A stretch of DNA of 32,000 nt. Source: Erysipelotrichaceae bacterium (lineage in GTDB: Bacteria > Bacillota_I > Bacilli_A > Erysipelotrichales > Erysipelotrichaceae). Shown piece after piece: positions 27,821 through 32,000 of the stretch. Under the pieces are notes generated by a model. It ran no database searches, was not told the origin of the DNA, and saw nothing but the letters and a program-made list of their open reading frames with translations. The stretch's first letter is position 1; each line of letters begins with the position of its first letter. The translations under genes were made by a program, and so were the position numbers. The stretch covers positions 780,001 to 812,000 of the forward strand of contig OY760660.1 of assembly GCA_963663995.1 (NCBI GenBank), given 5' to 3'.

Positions 27821-27847
27821 TAAAAAAATGAAGCAAATGCTTCATCA
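27821..27847 (-). terminator. rho-independent terminator of the cof-PHP-cls-patatin operon
   Basis: 7-bp stem ATGAAGC (27828..27834) / GCTTCAT (27839..27845) with a 4-nt loop, followed on the minus strand by 7 U (plus A run 27822..27828). Tandem TGA TGA stops (27842..27847) overlap the stem. Confidence 0.7.
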
Positions 27848-28696
27848 TTTTTTAAAGAAAGCTATTATCTCGTCTTTTTTTGCTTCGCAATCTGCTTTTG
27901 CGAGCTCATACATTCCATTGACTTGATCATAAGTCGCTGAAAAACGCTTTGCGCCAAAATCTTTTGTTGGTTGGATTAAAATCGCTTTACCTTCAGATTC
28001 TAATTTTTTAGCCGTTGCCATTTCACCATTATAGACATCCTTACGATTTCTAAAATCTTGTAGTAAAATCTTGTATTTATGATATAGAAGATCAAGTAAG
28101 AATTGAGTTGTCTTAGAATTATCTTCGCGTACAAAGTTACGAGGTTTTGTGACCACTACTAACATTTTATCGACTTGATGATGAAGCGCTCTACCAACTG
28201 GAACCATGGTTGTTACACCACCATCCATCCACCATTCACCTTTAGCTTTTACATTTTTTCCAGCAATCGGAATTGTACAGGCGGCTTGCATAAGTTTAAT
28301 CTCATCGTCTAAATCAGTTTGATTTAACCAAATCGTTTCTTGGGTTTTTAAACGGTAAACACCAAATTCAACTAAGGCTTTGATTTTTCTAAAATCAGCT
28401 ACATTAAATTTGAGTCGCTCTAAAAGAATGTCTTTAAACATCCGATTATAAGCAACAGGTGTTCCTTCTTTTAAAATCGCTTTTAAACCAAAATTCTCAG
28501 CTTCAACGGATGAATTGACTGAGATGTCATGTAGCATTTTGACATCTTTCATCGCTGTTAAACCAGCATACATAGCTCCTGAGGATATGCCAATATAGAT
28601 ATCAAAATCAACGTTATTTTCAACTAACCATGCGCAAACACCAGCAGTGTATGCACCACGTAGGCCTCCGCCTTCTAATACTAAAGCTGTTTTCAT
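27845..28696 (-). CDS. patatin-like phospholipase
   Basis: 283 aa. Oxyanion motif GGGLRG (GGxR), nucleophile elbow GISSGA (GxSxG), and catalytic Asp in MDGGV (DGG). AGGAGAG SD overlaps the cls stop. Confidence 0.9.
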   Translation of the reverse strand: MKTALVLEGGGLRGAYTAGVCAWLVENNVDFDIYIGISSGAMYAGLTAMKDVKMLHDISVNSSVEAENFGLKAILKEGTPVAYNRMFKDILLERLKFNVADFRKIKALVEFGVYRLKTQETIWLNQTDLDDEIKLMQAACTIPIAGKNVKAKGEWWMDGGVTTMVPVGRALHHQVDKMLVVVTKPRNFVREDNSKTTQFLLDLLYHKYKILLQDFRNRKDVYNGEMATAKKLESEGKAILIQPTKDFGAKRFSATYDQVNGMYELAKADCEAKKDEIIAFFKK

Positions 28697-28710
28697 GTAT
28701 AAAATCTCTC

Positions 28711-30228
28711 CTAGAATAATGCTGCAAAAATATTCATAACAGCACGATAAACTTTGACGATAAATGGCGTACTCAAAGCCATTTCAAAAGTAATCTCTTT
28801 AGACTTATTTAATGTTTCAACATAATCAGAAACAATATCTTCTAAGATGGGTGAATCAATAATTAATGCCCCACATTCAAAGTGTAGATAATACGATCTA
28901 AAGTCTAAATTACTTGTTCCGACAATAGCCATTTTACCATCTGCAACCATTACTTTACCATGAACAAATCCAGGTGTATATTCATAGATTTTGACACCAT
29001 TTTTAGTCAGTCTTTCATAATTGGAACGAGTAACCGAGTAAACATACTTCTTATCTGGTATACCAGGGACTAGAATTCTGACATCAATCCCACTTTTTGC
29101 AGCATTGCATAAAGCTGTTTCCATTTCAAAACCAATCACTAAATAAGGGGTCATGATATAGAGGTAATGAGAGGCTGTATTTATTAAATTTAAATGAGCA
29201 TTTTCAGAAACAGCTTCATCATCTGTTGGAGAATCAGAGAATGGTTGGACCATCCCTTGTCCCATATAAACTTCATGTTCTATTTTATATTTTAAGTAGT
29301 CTGATTTAGTTTTAGCTGTAAAATCAAAGAATTGTAGAAACATTAAACTTAAAGAATAAACAGCTTCTCCCTCAATTGAGATAGCGACATCTTTCCAATG
29401 TCCAAACCGACTTTTAATATTGACATATTCATCAGCAATATTAGTTCCACCAATAAAACCGATTTTCCCATCGATAACCGCAATTTTACGATGGTCTCGA
29501 TTATTCATACGAATCGCTAAGACGGGACGGATGGGATTAAAGACAGCTGTTTGTATGCCAGCTTTTCGCATAGTATCCACAAAATCATGAGGGAGTGAGG
29601 TTGCCCCTGCATCATCATACATAAACTTTACTTCAACGCCTTGTTGAACTTTTAGTTTAAGTAAATCAAAGAGATGGGATAAGACAACTCCTTCTTTGAT
29701 AATGAAATATTCTAAAAAGATAAACTTCTCAGCTTTTTGTATGGCATTAATCAAAGCTTGAAATTTTGCTTCACCAGTTGGATAATATTCAACTTTTGAG
29801 TTTTCATAAACTGGAAAATCTGAATTACGTAGAATATATTCAACATTACGTCGATCAACAGCTCTTCGAATACCCACTAAAGTTGCTTCATCTTGAACCA
29901 ATAAAGGTTTTTGGTCTTGACTCATTTCATTGATCCCAACTCTAAGTTCTTTAGGAACTTTACGTCCACCAAATAAGAAATAAGTTACTACGCCAACCAC
30001 TGGCACACCAAGAATAAACATAATCCAGGTCATTTTATAGGATGGATTATCAAATTTATTTAAAATATAGATTACGACTGCAAAGTTCGCAAATAGTTGA
30101 ATGATATAGATGTTTTCAATGCGTTGACTCAAAGTAAAAACCGCTACATAAATAAAAAGTAGTTGTAAAAGTATCAGAACTGATACACTAAATGGTTTTT
30201 TAACAAGCTGATGAGCCAGTTTTTTCAT
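28711..30228 (-). CDS. cls: cardiolipin synthase (phospholipase D superfamily)
   Basis: 505 aa. Two N-terminal TM helices and two HKD motifs (HRKIAVIDGKIGFIGGTNIADEY and HGKVMVADGKMAIVGTSNLDFRS). The length and layout are typical of bacterial ClsA-type enzymes. The ATG directly abuts the upstream stop, with GGAG 6 nt upstream. Confidence 0.92.
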   Translation of the reverse strand: MKKLAHQLVKKPFSVSVLILLQLLFIYVAVFTLSQRIENIYIIQLFANFAVVIYILNKFDNPSYKMTWIMFILGVPVVGVVTYFLFGGRKVPKELRVGINEMSQDQKPLLVQDEATLVGIRRAVDRRNVEYILRNSDFPVYENSKVEYYPTGEAKFQALINAIQKAEKFIFLEYFIIKEGVVLSHLFDLLKLKVQQGVEVKFMYDDAGATSLPHDFVDTMRKAGIQTAVFNPIRPVLAIRMNNRDHRKIAVIDGKIGFIGGTNIADEYVNIKSRFGHWKDVAISIEGEAVYSLSLMFLQFFDFTAKTKSDYLKYKIEHEVYMGQGMVQPFSDSPTDDEAVSENAHLNLINTASHYLYIMTPYLVIGFEMETALCNAAKSGIDVRILVPGIPDKKYVYSVTRSNYERLTKNGVKIYEYTPGFVHGKVMVADGKMAIVGTSNLDFRSYYLHFECGALIIDSPILEDIVSDYVETLNKSKEITFEMALSTPFIVKVYRAVMNIFAALF

Positions 30229-31002
30229 CTACATCTCCAATCGTTCTAAAACTGTTATCCCTAAATCTAAGAAGTCTTTCTCCATTGTTTTGTAAATATC
30301 TGTTTCAAGTAAATAAAGTGGAGAATGGGCATCTAAACCAACAATCGCTTTAACATCATAGTTTGAAGCAATGCTGAAAAAAGCGAGATTTGGATAGCGA
30401 TAACTACTATACCCATTATAGATGCCTTTTCGATATTTTGTCCCTTTAAGGTTGATTTCTAAAGGGATATTATACTTTTCAGCGGCTTCACAGATACGAT
30501 GAGCTGCTTGATCACAAGCTTCATTCCAGACTTTACGACCTAACATAAAATAGGAAGGATGCGCTAGAAATTTAATTAAGCCACTCTCCATGGCGGCAAT
30601 GACTTGATCAGCATATACTTCTAGATCAGCATCGCTTGTGTAATAGTCATAGCCATATTGATCTAAAACTTTATAATGTTGACCACAAATCATATAGTCT
30701 ACTTTTTGTGCGACTTCTTTGTAGTAATTTAATCGCTCTGGAAAGAATTCACATTCAAAACCAACATAAATTTTAATTTGATCTTTATACTTTTCTTTTA
30801 AGTGATTAATACTTGTAATATATTCATCCATCTGATGATATTCCATACGATCCCCTGGGTTTGATGCATCAGGATAAGGCATATGATCAGAGAATCCCAA
30901 TTCTTCTAAACCAGCTTCAATAGCTGCCAAGACATATTGTTCATCATTGCCCGTTGCGTGTCCACAACGAGAAGTATGCGTGTGATAGTTAGCTTTAAAC
31001 AT
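30229..31002 (-). CDS. PHP-domain phosphoesterase (HisJ/histidinol-phosphatase family)
   Basis: The ORF track gives 30229..31041 (TTG start). I prefer the ATG at 31002 (MFKANYHTHTSRCGHATG), which has GAAGGA upstream. The PHP metal ligands are present: HTHT, GFSDH, FECE, GQHY, and GLDAH near the C-terminus. 8-nt overlap (ATGTTTAA) with the upstream Cof gene. Confidence 0.8.
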   Translation of the reverse strand: MFKANYHTHTSRCGHATGNDEQYVLAAIEAGLEELGFSDHMPYPDASNPGDRMEYHQMDEYITSINHLKEKYKDQIKIYVGFECEFFPERLNYYKEVAQKVDYMICGQHYKVLDQYGYDYYTSDADLEVYADQVIAAMESGLIKFLAHPSYFMLGRKVWNEACDQAAHRICEAAEKYNIPLEINLKGTKYRKGIYNGYSSYRYPNLAFFSIASNYDVKAIVGLDAHSPLYLLETDIYKTMEKDFLDLGITVLERLEM

Positions 31003-31843
31003 TTTTTCCTTCTTTTTCGTTATATTCCAATACAAAATCAATCGCTTGCGCTACAGATTCAACAATATTATTGGCAGATGCTTTAATGATTTCATCGGCA
31101 TGACTCATCGAAAAACTGAATGGTATAACCTTTAACATCGAAATATCATTCATTGAATCACCAATACATGCTACTTCTGTTGGTTTATAACCTTTGAGTT
31201 CAATCAGTTCTAAGAGAGCTTGCCCTTTTGAAATACCTTGCGGCATGATTTCGATGTTATTTGGACCTGAATAAGTAATATCAAAGCGATCACCAAAACG
31301 ATCATTAAAATATTTCATCATGATATCGCGATCTTCTATCGACCAAACTAAACCAACGACTTTATTAAAAGGTGCTTTTTCTAAGTCATTAATCCATTCG
31401 TCCATATTTATGGTTGGACATTGTTTAACAACCCCTTCACTTTCCAATTCATGAAAACGGTGAAAAGGTTCTTTATTTACATCATAGACAACGTAATCAC
31501 CTGCATTTGTAATCCCTAAAAAATTCGCATCCATTTTGAATTCATGGATAGCATCCATTAAATCAAATGAATCTTGTCGTGTTAAACCATGGTTTGTAAT
31601 TTCTACATTATCAACAACGACGTTACAACCGTTCATCCCAATCGCATCGACTTGAAAGCCAAATTCTTTTTCTAAAACATGACGATAAAAAACATCACGT
31701 CCACTAGCCATCATAAATCTGACACCATGGTTATGAAGTTTGAGTACTGCTCTTTTATTTTCTTCACTAATACTATTACTGTGTTCTACTTCAGGGTTAT
31801 GAAGTAATGTTCCATCCATATCTGACACAAAAAGTTTTATCAT
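30995..31843 (-). CDS. Cof-type HAD-IIB family phosphatase
   Basis: The ORF track gives 30995..31855. I prefer the ATG at 31843 (MIKLFVSDMDGTLL), which has GAGG 6 nt upstream. HAD motif I is DMDGTLL, motif II is ASGR, and motifs III/IV are KG.A...L and GDSMNDISM. Confidence 0.85.
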   Translation of the reverse strand: MIKLFVSDMDGTLLHNPEVEHSNSISEENKRAVLKLHNHGVRFMMASGRDVFYRHVLEKEFGFQVDAIGMNGCNVVVDNVEITNHGLTRQDSFDLMDAIHEFKMDANFLGITNAGDYVVYDVNKEPFHRFHELESEGVVKQCPTINMDEWINDLEKAPFNKVVGLVWSIEDRDIMMKYFNDRFGDRFDITYSGPNNIEIMPQGISKGQALLELIELKGYKPTEVACIGDSMNDISMLKVIPFSFSMSHADEIIKASANNIVESVAQAIDFVLEYNEKEGKNV

Positions 31844-31869
31844 AAACAACCTCATTTCTCACAAACATC

Positions 31870-31878
31870 ATTATAACA
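31870..31878 (-). promoter_or_regulatory. candidate extended -10 promoter (TGtTATAAT) of the cof-PHP-cls-patatin operon
   Basis: Minus strand reads cactgttTGtTATAATgatgtttgtgagaaATGAGGttgtttATG. TATAAT is at 31870..31875, preceded by TGt. A TTGACA at 31919..31924 is 43 nt away, too far to be its -35. Confidence 0.35.
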
Positions 31879-31931
31879 AACAGTGATTTGGCAGTTTTGC
31901 CAATTTAAGTTAAGGATTTGTCAAGATTAGT

Positions 31932-32000
31932 CTATTTTTTTGCTGAATATGGCTTTCTCACGATCTCCTTGTAGATAGAGTTCATGATCAACTGGTACTT
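31932..32000 (-). CDS. C-terminal end of an unidentified CDS entering from beyond the window
   Basis: An open frame on the minus strand from the window edge gives ...KYQLIMNSIYKEIVRKPYSAKK, then TAG at 31932..31934. It is too short to identify. Confidence 0.3.
   Translation of the reverse strand, partial: KYQLIMNSIYKEIVRKPYSAKK

Noticed and set aside
25998-27847. Whole-genome genetic code 4 (UGA = Trp, Mollicutes-style) as the explanation for the in-frame TGA at 26616..26618
   Set aside because: TGA clearly works as a stop elsewhere in the window. Examples are the tandem TGA TGA at the patatin end, immediately inside a terminator; the TGA stops of gatA, ligA and the methyltransferase in ATGA overlaps at homology-consistent C-termini; and TGA ending paralog 1 itself at 25998. 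More than 30 long ORFs are intact under the standard code with no other internal TGA.
27845-30228. Patatin and PLD-family genes as effectors of a CBASS-like or other anti-phage system
   Set aside because: There is no cyclase, sensor, ATPase or nuclease partner. The PLD-family protein has the two N-terminal TMs and the full ClsA layout. The operon partners are phosphatases, so a lipid-metabolism reading is more economical.

Overview
Low-GC, Bacillota-type chromosomal segment. It is tightly packed and almost entirely coded on the minus strand; only 8493..9602 and 23743..25247 are on the plus strand. I found no rRNA, tRNA, CRISPR array, transposase, integrase or phage gene.

The core (11.7-23.7 kb) is a conserved housekeeping block: gltX, then pcrA-ligA-camS-gatC-gatA-gatB, an unknown membrane-anchored protein, and an RlmD-type rRNA methyltransferase. 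The pcrA/ligA/camS/gatCAB order is the one known from Bacillus.

The left arm (1-11.7 kb) looks accessory and carries stress, redox and signalling genes:
- pirin (partial) and rubrerythrin
- a Cache-HAMP-PAS-GGDEF diguanylate cyclase
- a GDT1/UPF0016 cation transporter with an extra Cys/His-rich tail
- a YciI-like protein and an alpha/beta hydrolase
- a divergent stand-alone RelA/SpoT-type alarmone synthetase homolog
- a VOC/glyoxalase and an AraC-GyrI regulator divergent from an Ldh2-family dehydrogenase
- an aldo/keto reductase, PpnP and a DUF998-like membrane protein

The right arm (23.7-32 kb) carries:
- a translationally coupled SAM-methyltransferase/RluA pair
- two tandem paralogous zinc-ribbon multi-pass membrane proteins
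- an FMN-dependent alpha-hydroxy-acid oxidase-family protein
- a tightly coupled Cof-HAD / PHP phosphoesterase / cardiolipin synthase / patatin operon

I do not see a clear multi-gene novel system such as a defence island. The observations most worth a second look are:
1. An in-frame TGA in one zinc-ribbon membrane paralog, at exactly the position where its neighbour has Trp (TGG).
2. The uncharacterised zinc-ribbon membrane family itself.
3. The orphan 329-aa RelA/SpoT-homolog synthetase.
4. The GDT1 transporter fused to a Cys/His-rich cytoplasmic domain.
5. A textbook MerR-type promoter (19-bp spacer, perfect 18-bp dyad) in front of the aldo/keto reductase, with no MerR gene in the window.
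6. Two candidate leaderless genes.

All product calls come from motif recognition by eye. No database search was run.
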